NCBI RefSeq assembly: GCF_035695185.1
Contig: NZ_DASSES010000105.1
Location: forward strand, 1,107-65,106
Source of the DNA: Frateuria sp.
Lineage (GTDB): Bacteria; Pseudomonadota; Gammaproteobacteria; Xanthomonadales; Rhodanobacteraceae
Direction of reading: 5' to 3'
Length of the DNA: 64,000 bases
Shown: positions 47,503 to 57,105 of the stretch, piece after piece
Layout of the letters: every line of letters starts with the position of its first letter
Numbering within the stretch: the stretch's first letter is position 1
The notes under the pieces: generated by a model
Told to the model about the DNA's origin: nothing
Database searches by the model: none
Seen by the model: the letters and a program-made list of their open reading frames with translations, nothing else
Position numbers and translations under genes: made by a program

Positions 47503-49203
47503 ATGAAACGCCTGCTGGTCGGATCGATCGTCGTCGTGCTGGGCCTGATCGTGCTGGCCGTGGCCGCGCTGCTGCTGGTGGACGCCAACCACTTCCGCCC
47601 GCAGATCCAGGCCTCGCTCGGCAAGGCGCTGGGGCGCGAGGTGAGCATCGGCCAGTTGCACCTGACGGTGTGGTCGGGGTCGCTGCAGGCCGACCAGCTG
47701 CGCATCGGCGAGGACCCTGCCTTCGGCAGGCAGCCCTTCGTCAGCGCCCGGTCGCTGGAAGTCGGGGTCCGGATGTGGCCCTTGCTGCTCCATCGCGAAT
47801 TGCACATCACCGCCCTCACGCTCGACCAGCCGGTGGTGCGCCTGCTGCAGAACCGCAAGGGTGGCTGGAACTTCGCCGGGCTCGGCGGCGGCGGGGCCTC
47901 GCCCCCGGGGCATGAGGCCGCGCCGGCCGGGCTCACCGTCGACCGGTTGCGTATCGACGATGGACGCATCGAGCTCACGCGCGCGGCCGGCGATCGCAAG
48001 GTCTACGACCACGTGCAGCTGAGCGCCGACCACGTCGACATGGGGGCGGCGTTCCCGTTCGAGCTGAAGGCGGACATCGCCGGCGGCGGCTCGCTCGCAC
48101 TGGACGGCACGCTTGGCCCCTGGCACGCCGGTAACGCAGTTCTGACGCCGCTGGACGCGCACCTGGCGATGCGCGACCTGGACCTGGTCGGTGCGGGCCT
48201 GATGGCGCACGAAAGCGGTGTCGGCGGGGTGCTCGACCTGGATACGAAGATCGCTTCGGCCCAGGGCGTGCTGCGCTCCAACGGCCGCATCGACGCGCGC
48301 AAGCTGCAACTGGTCGCCTCCGGGTCGCCGTCGCCGCAGCCGCTGCGGATCGACTACACGGCGAGCTACCGGCTGGATGCCGGCACCGGCCGGATCGCCG
48401 ACTCCGTGCTCCATGCGGGCGCCGCCCGGCTGGCCATCGCGGGCAGTTTCGACAACCGGCCCGCCGTGATGCGGCTGGACCTCAAGGTGAAGGGCCAGCG
48501 GCAGCCGGTCGACGACCTGCAGCCATTGTTGCCGGTGTTCGGCGTGATCCTGCCGAAGGACTCGCGGTTGGCCGGCGGCGTCGCCAGCATGGACCTCACC
48601 GTGCGTGGGCCGCTCGATGCGTTGGTGATCCATGGGCCGGTCTCCCTGGACGACACGCGCCTGGCCGGCTACAGCCTGGGGGCCAAGCTGGGCGGCGCGT
48701 TGGCGCTGGCTGGCGTCAGCGCGCCGAAGGACACCGTGATCCGCCATGCCGAGGCCATGCTGACCATCTCGCCCAAGGGCATCGAGGCCGATCCGGCCAA
48801 GGCGCAGATCGCGCAGCTGGGCGGTTTCACCGGCAAGGGCCGCATGGCCGCCGACGGCGCGCTCGATTTCCGCATGCTGGTCAAGCTCGACGCGGGTGTG
48901 ACCGGGGCGGGGCAGGCCGGCCAGGGGATCGCAGGCCTGCTGGGCGGCTCGAAGGCGGGCGGCGCGCTCGGCGGCCTGATCAAGGGCATGAGCACCAACG
49001 GGGTAGGTGTGCGCATCGGCGGCACGGCCAGCGCCCCCAGCTTCAAGCTCGACCCGCGCGCGGCGGCCGGCCTGCTGGATGCCGGTACGCAAGGCAACAG
49101 CGGCAAACCGGCCACGAAGCAGCCCTCCGGCAACCAGAAGGATGTGCTCAAGAGCCTGTTGCAGGACGCGCTCAAGCCCAAGCAGCCGGCCACCGGCCAC
49201 TGA
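47503..49203 (+). CDS. AsmA family protein
   Basis: Start at ATG 47503 (MKRLLVGSIVVVLGLIVLAVAALLLVDANHFRPQIQASLGKALGREV), the N-terminal anchor plus AsmA domain. The remainder is beta-rich. Confidence 0.85.
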   Translation: MKRLLVGSIVVVLGLIVLAVAALLLVDANHFRPQIQASLGKALGREVSIGQLHLTVWSGSLQADQLRIGEDPAFGRQPFVSARSLEVGVRMWPLLLHRELHITALTLDQPVVRLLQNRKGGWNFAGLGGGGASPPGHEAAPAGLTVDRLRIDDGRIELTRAAGDRKVYDHVQLSADHVDMGAAFPFELKADIAGGGSLALDGTLGPWHAGNAVLTPLDAHLAMRDLDLVGAGLMAHESGVGGVLDLDTKIASAQGVLRSNGRIDARKLQLVASGSPSPQPLRIDYTASYRLDAGTGRIADSVLHAGAARLAIAGSFDNRPAVMRLDLKVKGQRQPVDDLQPLLPVFGVILPKDSRLAGGVASMDLTVRGPLDALVIHGPVSLDDTRLAGYSLGAKLGGALALAGVSAPKDTVIRHAEAMLTISPKGIEADPAKAQIAQLGGFTGKGRMAADGALDFRMLVKLDAGVTGAGQAGQGIAGLLGGSKAGGALGGLIKGMSTNGVGVRIGGTASAPSFKLDPRAAAGLLDAGTQGNSGKPATKQPSGNQKDVLKSLLQDALKPKQPATGH

Positions 49204-49205
49204 GC

Positions 49206-50801
49206 ATGGGCAACGAGGAGAGCGCCGATTTCATCGTGGTCGGCGCCGGCCCCGCCGGCTGCGCCGTGGCGGCCCGGCTGGCCGATGCGCCCGGCCGCCC
49301 GGGCGTCGTCCTCGTCGAGACCGGGCCGGCCAAGCCCTCGTGGCTGAGCCGGATGCCGATGGGTATCGCGGCGCTCGTGCCATTCCGCAGCCGCCACAAC
49401 TACGCCTACCAGACGGTGCCGCAGGCGCAGCTCGGCGGGCGCCGCGGCTACGTGCCGCGCGGGCGCGGCCTCGGCGGCAGCAGCCTGATCAACGCGATGA
49501 TCTGCACCCGCGGCCAACCCGAGGACTACGACGGCTGGGCCGCGCGCGGCTGCGGCGGCTGGGGCTGGCAGGACGTGCTGCCGGTGTTCCGCCACATCGA
49601 GGACAACCAGCGCGGCGCCGATGCCTGGCACGGTACCGGCGGTCCGCTGCCGGTGAGCGACCTGCGCTCGCCCAGCCCCTTGAGCCGCGCCTTCGTGGAG
49701 GCCGCGGTGCAATGTGGCTATCCGCGCAACGACGATTTCAACGGCCCGCGCCAGGAGGGCGTGGGCCTGTACCAGGTGTTCCAGCGCGACGGTCAGCGCG
49801 TCGATGCGGGCAGCGCCTACCTTGGCGATGGCAAGGCCCGTCCCAACCTGCGCGTGCTGACCGGACGGCCGGTACAGCGCATCCTGTTCGAGGGACGACG
49901 TGCGAGCGGGGTGCTGGTCGGCGGGCGGCCTCTGCGGGCGCGCCGGGAGGTGGTCCTCTGTGCCGGCGCGATCGCCTCGCCGCAACTGCTGATGCTCTCC
50001 GGCATCGGCCCGGCGGGGCACCTGCAGGCGCTGGACATTCCGGTGCTGCACGACGCTCCCGGCGTGGGCGAAAACCTGCAGGACCATATCGACTACACCG
50101 CCAACGTGCGGGTCCGCGCCCCCGGCCTGTTCGGCATGAATCCGGCGACCCTCGCGCGCATGGCCGCGGGGGCGCGGGCCTACCGCCGGCGCGGCGAGGG
50201 CATGCTCACCAGCAACGCGGCCGAAGCCGGCGCCTTCCTGCGCAGTCGCCCGGATGTCGAGCGTCCCGACCTTCAGCTGCACTTCTGCATCGGCATGGTG
50301 GACGACCACAACCGCCGCATGCATCTGGCGACCGGGCTGGCCCTGCACGTGTGCGTGCTGCGCCCGGCCAGCCGCGGGAGTGTGCGCCTGGCGGGGCCGG
50401 AGGTGACGACCCCGCCGCTGATCGATCCGGCCTTCCTGTCCGCCCCGCAGGACATGGAACTGCTGCTCGCAGGGGCGCACATCGTCCGCCGCATCCTGGC
50501 CGCGCCCGCCCTGGCGGCCTATGGCGGGCGGCCGCTGTACGGCACGGGCGCCGAGGACGACGAGGGGCTGCGTGGGCTGATCCGCGCCCACGCCGACACC
50601 ATCTACCACCCGGTCGGCACCTGCCGCATGGGTGCCGATGCGGGCTCGGTGGTCGATCCTCAGTTGCGCGTGCGGGGCACGCAGGGCCTGCGCGTGGCCG
50701 ACGCGTCGATCATGCCCACGCTGATCAGCGGCAACACCGAGGCGCCCTCGGCGATGATCGGCGAGATGGCCGCCACCTTCGTGCTTGCCGACCAGTCCTA
50801 G
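49206..50801 (+). CDS. GMC family FAD oxidoreductase (choline dehydrogenase-like)
   Basis: [19 protein letters not shown] (FAD GxGxxG), GGSSLINAM and the C-terminal HPVGTCRMG motif. Confidence 0.92.
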   Translation: MGNEESADFIVVGAGPAGCAVAARLADAPGRPGVVLVETGPAKPSWLSRMPMGIAALVPFRSRHNYAYQTVPQAQLGGRRGYVPRGRGLGGSSLINAMICTRGQPEDYDGWAARGCGGWGWQDVLPVFRHIEDNQRGADAWHGTGGPLPVSDLRSPSPLSRAFVEAAVQCGYPRNDDFNGPRQEGVGLYQVFQRDGQRVDAGSAYLGDGKARPNLRVLTGRPVQRILFEGRRASGVLVGGRPLRARREVVLCAGAIASPQLLMLSGIGPAGHLQALDIPVLHDAPGVGENLQDHIDYTANVRVRAPGLFGMNPATLARMAAGARAYRRRGEGMLTSNAAEAGAFLRSRPDVERPDLQLHFCIGMVDDHNRRMHLATGLALHVCVLRPASRGSVRLAGPEVTTPPLIDPAFLSAPQDMELLLAGAHIVRRILAAPALAAYGGRPLYGTGAEDDEGLRGLIRAHADTIYHPVGTCRMGADAGSVVDPQLRVRGTQGLRVADASIMPTLISGNTEAPSAMIGEMAATFVLADQS

Positions 50802-50924
50802 CGACTTTCCGTGGTACGCGCATCGGCGTCGTGGCTCCGGCGCTCGCGCGTTATCGAGGCGCTACCCTTCCCGCCGGGGCGGGGCCGTTCCGCCATCACG
50901 TGCGGCAGCGCACTTGCGCGCACC

Positions 50925-51165
50925 GCCATCCTCGCCACGAGCAGTGGGCGGCCATTGCGGCAACGCTTCCGCTCCAGCGCCGGGTCGCGCGCAGGCGCGC
51001 CGATGCAACGATGCAGAGGGGCAATCCGGGAGCTCGGTGCGACGCGCCGTTGGCGCCTCACGTGGAGGAGCGCACTCGTGTGCGACCCCCATCCGAGGCA
51101 TGAGCAATGGCTTGATCGCGGCACCGCCTCCACTCCTGCGCCCGGTCGCACGCAGGCGCGCTCCC
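50925..51165. repeat. Imperfect direct repeat (about 78 nt, period about 161 nt) in a 400-bp non-coding spacer
   Basis: 50925..51003 (ccgccatcctcgccacgagcagtgggcggccattgcggcaacgcttccgctccagcgccgggtcgcgcgcaggcgcgcc) matches 51086..51163 (cccccatccgaggcatgagcaatggcttgatcgcggcaccgcctccactcctgcgcccggtcgcacgcaggcgcgct). By eye this is about 70-75% identity with small indels. Confidence 0.5.
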
Positions 51166-51205
51166 AGACCCACGCAGGGGGAGCTTGGCAGCTCCGCCGA
51201 CACTC

Positions 51206-51742
51206 TCACTTCGCGGTAATCGCCTGTGCCCGCCGCAGGTGCTCGCGCAGCAAGGGCAGGCCTTCCTTCGCCAGTTGACGCAGCTTCGCATCCTGGCTGT
51301 CCTTCGCGGCCTGCTCGTACAGCGGAATGATCTTCTGGTGTTCCGCCACCATCATCCCCGCGAAAGCCTGGTCCAGGGCCGCGCCCTGCAATCGCTGCAG
51401 GCGCAGCTTGTCTTCGGTGACGTCCTTCGACGGCAGGCCGTGGGCCTGGCCGTGTGCCTTCCTGGCGACCGAGAAGGCCGTGAACTTGCGGTTCAGCGCC
51501 TTGTGGTCGTCGATGATGCGCCTGGCCAGTTCACGCACCTGTGGCGAGGTGGATCGCTCGCCCGCGACCTTGGCCAGTTCGATCTGCATCGAGTTGTCGG
51601 CGGTGGCCTTCGCGACGAAGGCCTGCTCCTGCTTGTCCAGCGTGGGCGGGATGTCCACGGCGCCGGCGGACAGTGCGGGCAAGGCGAGGCCGAGGCAGAG
51701 CAGGCCGCGGGCCAGGAAGGACGGGAGAGAGGGCAGCGTCAT
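51206..51742 (-). CDS. DUF4142 periplasmic protein
   Basis: Start at ATG 51742 with a signal peptide (MTLPSLPSFLARGLLCLGLALPALSAGA). Two ferritin-like repeats are present (FVAKATADNSMQIELAKVA..., AFAGMMVAEHQKII...). Confidence 0.8.
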   Translation of the reverse strand: MTLPSLPSFLARGLLCLGLALPALSAGAVDIPPTLDKQEQAFVAKATADNSMQIELAKVAGERSTSPQVRELARRIIDDHKALNRKFTAFSVARKAHGQAHGLPSKDVTEDKLRLQRLQGAALDQAFAGMMVAEHQKIIPLYEQAAKDSQDAKLRQLAKEGLPLLREHLRRAQAITAK

Positions 51743-51904
51743 GGGCGGATCCGGAACGGTGTGGAAGCCCGACGCTAACCCCGGCGCCGGCAATGGCTGC
51801 TCTAGGGCCCGTGAATACGCGGGTAACGGCGGCCCTCGGGGACGGGCTTGTGCGCTTGCCGCCGGAACCGATACGGTCGCGCTTTCCATGTCCCGGAAGC
51901 TGCC

Positions 51905-52354
51905 ATGCCCGTCCAGGTTCGCCAGGCCACCGTCCATGACCTCTCCACGCTGGTGCCGCTGTTCGACGGCTACCGGCAGTTTTACGGCCAGCGGTCCGAT
52001 CCGGAGGGCGTGCGCGCCTTTCTCGGTGCGCGCTTCGCGCACCACCAATCGGTGATCCTGCTGGCGTCGGACGGCCGGGGTGAGGGGCTGGGCTTTACCC
52101 AGCTCTACCCGCTGTTCTCGTCGGTGCGGATGGTGCGTACCTACCTGCTCAACGATCTGTTCGTGGCGCCCGAGGCGCGTCGCCACGGCGTGGCGGCGGC
52201 GCTGCTGCACGAAGCGGCGGCCCATGCACGTGCGTTGGGCGCGGCCAGCCTGTCGTTGTCTACCGCGCTGGACAACGTGCCGGCGCAGGCGCTGTACGAA
52301 TCGCTGGGCTGGCAGCGCGACCGCCAGTTCTGCGAATACACGCTTGCCCTGTGA
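51905..52354 (+). CDS. GNAT family N-acetyltransferase
   Basis: [28 protein letters not shown]...[17 protein letters not shown]. Confidence 0.85.
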   Translation: MPVQVRQATVHDLSTLVPLFDGYRQFYGQRSDPEGVRAFLGARFAHHQSVILLASDGRGEGLGFTQLYPLFSSVRMVRTYLLNDLFVAPEARRHGVAAALLHEAAAHARALGAASLSLSTALDNVPAQALYESLGWQRDRQFCEYTLAL

Positions 52355-52359
52355 CGGCC

Positions 52360-52932
52360 ATGCTCTATCTGGCTTCGCAATCGCCACGACGGCGCGAGCT
52401 GCTGCGGCAACTCGGGGTCGAGTACAGGGCGCTGGACGTGGACGTGCCCGAAATGCGCGCCCCCGGCGAACCGCCGGAGGAGTACGTCAGCCGCGTCGCG
52501 CTCGAGAAAGCACAGGCTGGCCTCGCTCTGCTGGAAAGCGCGGAGGAAGCTGTCGTGCTCGGCTCGGACACCGAAGTGGTGCTGGACGGCGAGGTGTTCG
52601 GCAAGCCGGCCGATGCCGGCCAGGCGAGGGCCATGCTGCAGCGCCTCTCCGGTCGGACCCACACCGTGGTCTCCGCCGTGTGGGCGGCCAGTGCCGCGCA
52701 CACCGGCCAGGAGGTGTGCGTCTCGAAGGTGCGCTTCGCGCCGCTGGAGGAGGCAGCCATTGCGGCCTACGTCGCCACCGGCGAGCCCTTCGGCAAGGCC
52801 GGCGGCTACGCGATCCAGGGGCGTGGCGCCGCCCTGGTGGAACACCTCGAGGGGAGCTATTCGGGGGTGATGGGGCTGCCACTGTTCGAGACGGCGCGGC
52901 TTTTGCGGCGCTTCGGCCTCCTGCCGGCGTAG
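52360..52932 (+). CDS. maf: Maf-like nucleoside triphosphate pyrophosphatase
   Basis: [20 protein letters not shown]...[13 protein letters not shown] 52351 is an alternative start. Confidence 0.9.
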   Translation: MLYLASQSPRRRELLRQLGVEYRALDVDVPEMRAPGEPPEEYVSRVALEKAQAGLALLESAEEAVVLGSDTEVVLDGEVFGKPADAGQARAMLQRLSGRTHTVVSAVWAASAAHTGQEVCVSKVRFAPLEEAAIAAYVATGEPFGKAGGYAIQGRGAALVEHLEGSYSGVMGLPLFETARLLRRFGLLPA

Positions 52933-52938
52933 GGCCGC

Positions 52939-53511
52939 CTACGGCTGCAGTACGAGGTATTCGCCATGACGCCCGGCCCGGCGGGGGGTGGGGCCGATGC
53001 GCGCGCACAGCGCCTGGCTGTCCGGACAGCGCACCAGCGCGCCCGAGCCTACGGCTCGGCGCAGGTCGTCGCTCCACGCCGCGCCGCGCAGTCCGTGCCA
53101 TGCGAGGTAGCCGCTGCCGCACGCTGCCAGTAGCGATCCCAGAAGCAACGCGCGCAGGCTCCTGCGGACCAGCGCACGCTGGGCCGCGGTGAGCAGCTTG
53201 CGCTGCTCCGCCAGTGCGTCCGCCGCCCACTTCGCGGCCTCGGCGCTCCGGTGCAGCTGCGCATCCAGCGGCGCGAGAGCCTGGCGGGCCGTGGTGGCGA
53301 TCCCGTCGCGCGCCTGCGTGCCGAGCATCTCCATCAGCTTGCGCGAGAAGTCCTCCCCACCTTCCGTCCAGTGCCGGGTACTGCGGTCGAGTGACGCCAC
53401 GCTGGCGTCGATGCGCTGCAAGGCGCCACGGCTACGCGTGTCGAGCTGCTCGGCAATGACCGCGAGCTTCACCAGCAGTTGCTTGACCTCGTCGATGTTG
53501 CCGCCGTCCAT
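52939..53511 (-). CDS. Coiled-coil protein with one C-proximal TM helix (190 aa), third gene of the phospholipase island
   Basis: ATG 53511 is preceded by a GGAGGAA SD and lies 14 nt after the phospholipase stop. The sequence is MDGGNIDEVKQLLVKLAVIAEQLD... followed by RSLRALLLGSLLAACGSGYLAW. The track ORF extends to 53634. Confidence 0.65.
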   Translation of the reverse strand: MDGGNIDEVKQLLVKLAVIAEQLDTRSRGALQRIDASVASLDRSTRHWTEGGEDFSRKLMEMLGTQARDGIATTARQALAPLDAQLHRSAEAAKWAADALAEQRKLLTAAQRALVRRSLRALLLGSLLAACGSGYLAWHGLRGAAWSDDLRRAVGSGALVRCPDSQALCARIGPTPRRAGRHGEYLVLQP

Positions 53512-53525
53512 GGCAGTTCCTCCGG

Positions 53526-54968
53526 TCAATGCTGCGCGACGGTGGTCAGTGCAGTCGCCGCGGCCTGTTCGTGGTAGGTGAGCGCAGGCGCCGGAACCTG
53601 CATCTCCTGGCTGTACTGCTGGACCTCGCGCCACCAGGCGGTGCCCTGGGGTGACTGCAGGTAGTCGCCCGCCACGGCGTCCATGGCGTGGTCGTCCTGG
53701 TCGAGCGCGGCGCGGTACAACCGCTCGATCATCGCGTCGACCGGATCCGGCGTGGCGACAGGAGCGGGCACGGGGTGCCGGGCCGTCTCCCGGGCGCCGG
53801 GCGCCGGGGCGATCGCCACGGCACGGAAATCAAAGAGGCTGCTCAAGGCCTCGTCGCGCGGTTCGGCGTTGTAGGGATCGCCCACCACGCGATAACCGTG
53901 ATGGTGGTGCCTGGGGACTTCCAGCGTGTTGTAGCCGTCCGGCTGGAGCCGGTCGACCTTGTGCCAGACGCGATAGAGCAGCAGGCCTTCGGTCGAGCGG
54001 TGCACGACGTTGAGGCGCGGGTCGGTGGGCTCGGGCGACTTTTCGAGGAACGGACGGTCGCTGAGCGCATTGAGGTAATCCACCATCAGGTTGCCGCTGC
54101 GGATGCTCAGGCCGTCACGCAGGTAGCCGCCCCCCACGTCCGAGTGCGCACCGGGCACCAGCACGCCAAGGAAGCGGCCATCCGGCGTCACGCCCGGATC
54201 GATGATGTGGTCGGACTTGAACAGGCCGCGATGTTCGTCCCTGGAGAAGATCTGCAGGCCCGAGATGACCGACGGCGGCAGCCGCCGGTCATAGTCATTC
54301 ATCGGCACCCCGGTACCCACCGGGTCGAACAAGCCCACGGCCTGGGCCACCTTGCCCGGCCCGACCAGCGGCGGCTTGGTGTAGTGCACGTGGGTGATGT
54401 CGCCGTGGAGGTTGCGGGTGTAGATGGCGCCACTGACGTCCTGGATGCCGCGTTCATGCACCAAGCGAGCGAAGCTCGCGGCTTCCTCCCCACCACGACT
54501 AAAGCCGATATCAACCAAGCGGATCTGCGCATGCGGGTCTTGCCTGAGCCACTCCGCGGCCTGCTGAATGAATAGCTGGTACATCTTTTCGACACGTGCT
54601 TCATGCGTGTATCCAATAGCACCGTCAAAGGTGCGGGCGACTAACCCATCCTGAGTGCCGGGGCCAGGAACGTACCCTTCGGCAATTTGCAAGTTTCCTG
54701 CGGATGAGAGTGCAGACACCTGATTGTCAATTAAGGCGACATTTGTGGCATGCAAAGGGTCCTTGTACTTGTCATCGCCAGTTCCATCAAAAGCGGATAT
54801 ATAGAGCCTCTCGTGTGGGATGAGTTGGTGAACAAGGACTGGTACTTTGAATTGCTCCAGCGCTAAGTCTGCCTTGTTATACAAGGCCATATCGCTGGCG
54901 CTAGCGGTATAGGTAGGGACGTCGTCATCCAGAAGCCTATCCTTAAGCGGTTTGTTATTGCTGGCCAT
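53526..54968 (-). CDS. DUF2235 / Tle1-like alpha/beta-hydrolase phospholipase
   Basis: 480 aa. Contains LYISAFDGTGDD, VDIGFSRGGEEAASFA (GxSxG) and VPGAHSDVGGGY, the three signature blocks of DUF2235 (T6SS lipase effector Tle1 family). Confidence 0.8.
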   Translation of the reverse strand: MASNNKPLKDRLLDDDVPTYTASASDMALYNKADLALEQFKVPVLVHQLIPHERLYISAFDGTGDDKYKDPLHATNVALIDNQVSALSSAGNLQIAEGYVPGPGTQDGLVARTFDGAIGYTHEARVEKMYQLFIQQAAEWLRQDPHAQIRLVDIGFSRGGEEAASFARLVHERGIQDVSGAIYTRNLHGDITHVHYTKPPLVGPGKVAQAVGLFDPVGTGVPMNDYDRRLPPSVISGLQIFSRDEHRGLFKSDHIIDPGVTPDGRFLGVLVPGAHSDVGGGYLRDGLSIRSGNLMVDYLNALSDRPFLEKSPEPTDPRLNVVHRSTEGLLLYRVWHKVDRLQPDGYNTLEVPRHHHHGYRVVGDPYNAEPRDEALSSLFDFRAVAIAPAPGARETARHPVPAPVATPDPVDAMIERLYRAALDQDDHAMDAVAGDYLQSPQGTAWWREVQQYSQEMQVPAPALTYHEQAAATALTTVAQH

Positions 54969-54992
54969 TTCCCTGGCACTCGATCATGAGGA

Positions 54993-55598
54993 TTAGTACG
55001 TCTTGTTCCAGACGGGAATGAGATCGGCTCTGTAGTAGCTGTTCTTGTTTCCAGGTTCCTGCTCGGTCTTGGTTGGAATGAGCGTTTTGGTGAAAACGCT
55101 AATCGTTCGGTTGTTCACCTCAAGAAAGATGCTCGGGTCTGCTGCGGGGCCTGGGCCCGGGAAAATGCCAGCTCTTATTTCATCGTTTGGTACGCGGTAG
55201 AGGATCAGCTCGTCTTTGAAGATCGCTCCGATATCCACTTCGGCGGCGTGAGAGGCCCCGTCCAGCGACTTCCACCTAACCAGCGCGGGGGGTGGAAAAT
55301 TCGGAATGCCACCGTAGGACGCGAAACCCCACTTGTCCCGATAATCCGCCGACGCAGGCGGCGGGCTTATGACGTTCCCGGAGCGGAGTCGGGTGAAGTT
55401 GTAATTAGCGTAAATCACCTCGCACCCGATCGTGTTGTAACAGTAGGCGCGGAAATCGTGCCGCTTGAACTTCAACGGAAAGTGGTTCGGTGCCAGGTGT
55501 TGACTCGAACTATCCGAAGAAAACGCCATGGCCGAAAGACTCCCTGTCAGCGCGGTAAGGAACAGCAAGGCGAGAAGGGCAAAACGGGCGTGTCGCAT
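54993..55598 (-). CDS. Secreted protein (201 aa), candidate cognate periplasmic immunity/partner protein
   Basis: The signal peptide is MRHARFALLALLFLTALTGSLSA. G+C is low. It lies 24 nt upstream of the phospholipase gene on the same strand. The family was not recognised with confidence. Confidence 0.65.
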   Translation of the reverse strand: MRHARFALLALLFLTALTGSLSAMAFSSDSSSQHLAPNHFPLKFKRHDFRAYCYNTIGCEVIYANYNFTRLRSGNVISPPPASADYRDKWGFASYGGIPNFPPPALVRWKSLDGASHAAEVDIGAIFKDELILYRVPNDEIRAGIFPGPGPAADPSIFLEVNNRTISVFTKTLIPTKTEQEPGNKNSYYRADLIPVWNKTY

Positions 55599-55706
55599 GC
55601 TCGGGCGTCCTGCTCGATGCGGAAACGAGGAAGACCGAATCTAGGCCACGCGGCTGGAACCGGGCAATGGACGATTCCCTACTTTCGGGACGGGGATCGC
55701 TGATTC

Positions 55707-56504
55707 TCAGCGAGCAACGGAGGACGCGACGAACCAGGCCGTCACCGCCAGCAGGTTGTTGACGCCGTGCGCCACCACCGCGGGCCACAGCGAGCCAGAG
55801 CGCAGGCGCAGCCAGGCCAGCGCGGCCGCCAGCAGGACCAGATTGGGCACCGCATACCAGAGGAAGCCCAGATCGGGCAGGTGCACGCAGGCGAACAGGA
55901 GTGAACTGATGGCGACCGCCCAAGCAGCCGGCATGCGCCGCAGCAGCGCCGAGAGCAGCGCGCCGCGGAAGAGCAGCTCTTCCACCAGCGGCCCCAGCGT
56001 GACCACTACCAGCGCCAGCGGCAGCCGCAGCGCCAGCGACGCGGCGCCGCCGATCTGCTTGACGTCCTGGGTGACCTGGTGGCCCTGGGCCACCCAGCGG
56101 GTGAGCCAGCCACCTGCGATCGGAAGAGCCAGGCCGAGCACGATCGCGGCCAGGTAGAACAACGGCCGGCCGGGCCGGGTCAGGCCAAGGCCCGGCGGTG
56201 CGCCATGCGACCAGGCCGCCGGCCAGAGGCGCCTGACCAGCACGATGGTGACGCTCGCAGCCAGCAACAGGGTCAGGATCACCATCATCGCGTTGGTGTC
56301 CGGCTGTGCCAGCACCGTGCGGATGCGTGCGGTCAGGCCCGCCGCCGGCGCCCCTGAGGCGCCCAGGGCGAAGCCCAGCCCGACGCCGACCAGGCCGCTG
56401 GCCAGGAACTGCAGTGCGAAGTACAGGATGATCACGCCGACCGCGCTGCCCAGGTGTGGCAGCCGCGCGTCGTGCAGCGAGGGATGGAGCGGGCGGGAGG
56501 GCAT
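55707..56504 (-). CDS. CPBP family intramembrane glutamic endopeptidase (CAAX/Abi)
   Basis: Motifs are LVEELLFRGALL, FACVHL and HGVNNLLAV. ATG 56504 is the preferred start. Confidence 0.85.
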   Translation of the reverse strand: MPSRPLHPSLHDARLPHLGSAVGVIILYFALQFLASGLVGVGLGFALGASGAPAAGLTARIRTVLAQPDTNAMMVILTLLLAASVTIVLVRRLWPAAWSHGAPPGLGLTRPGRPLFYLAAIVLGLALPIAGGWLTRWVAQGHQVTQDVKQIGGAASLALRLPLALVVVTLGPLVEELLFRGALLSALLRRMPAAWAVAISSLLFACVHLPDLGFLWYAVPNLVLLAAALAWLRLRSGSLWPAVVAHGVNNLLAVTAWFVASSVAR

Positions 56505-56597
56505 CGGCCGGAAGCAACCTGCGAGGAAGGGACGGACGTGCGCGGCCCGGGCGCCCACGCTAGCCGTGGGACGAGGGTCGCGCAATCCGGTGGCCGC

Positions 56598-56993
56598 TCA
56601 GCCGGCCAGCATGGCGCGACCGAGGCCGGCCAGCGCCATCAGCAACGTGGCCATCCAGGCGACCATGCCGAGTGCGAAACCACCGCCGCGCCTGGCCGCT
56701 TCCCGCAGGTAGGCCAGCGCGTACCAGGTCCGCGCCGCGATCCACACCAATCCGGCGATGCCTGCCCAGAACGCGAAGCCGTAGTGCGCGGCCAACCAGA
56801 GCGTCGGCAGGAACAGCAGCGTCGCCTCGAGCGTGTTCATCTGCACGCGGAAGGCGCGCTCGAACGCCGGGTGGCCACTGGTCGCCGGAGCCTGGATGCC
56901 ATAGCGCCCGCGTGCGAGGCCGACCGCGAAGGCCGTGCCGAACATCAACAGGATGGTGAGCAGGGTAACCAGGGCGGGCAGGTGTTCTGTCAT
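56598..56993 (-). CDS. MAPEG family membrane protein
   Basis: 131 aa with four TM segments. Contains RAFRVQMNTLEATLLFLP and YALAYLR. Confidence 0.75.
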   Translation of the reverse strand: MTEHLPALVTLLTILLMFGTAFAVGLARGRYGIQAPATSGHPAFERAFRVQMNTLEATLLFLPTLWLAAHYGFAFWAGIAGLVWIAARTWYALAYLREAARRGGGFALGMVAWMATLLMALAGLGRAMLAG

Positions 56994-57105
56994 GGCATCT
57001 GGGCAGTTGAACGGTGGCCTACTGTAGCGGCAACGTCTACGCCTGGGCGACGTACCGCCGGGTAGGTTCGCCGAAGCGCGCTGTGGCGCATGCGAGGTGG
57101 GCGGG

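Noticed and set aside
52939-55700. Calling the phospholipase island a bona fide T6SS effector-immunity pair or a mobile element
   Set aside because: No T6SS structural, VgrG/PAAR, integrase, transposase or tRNA attachment features are visible in the window. Only the DUF2235 motifs and the compositional anomaly are directly supported, so it is reported as a candidate only.
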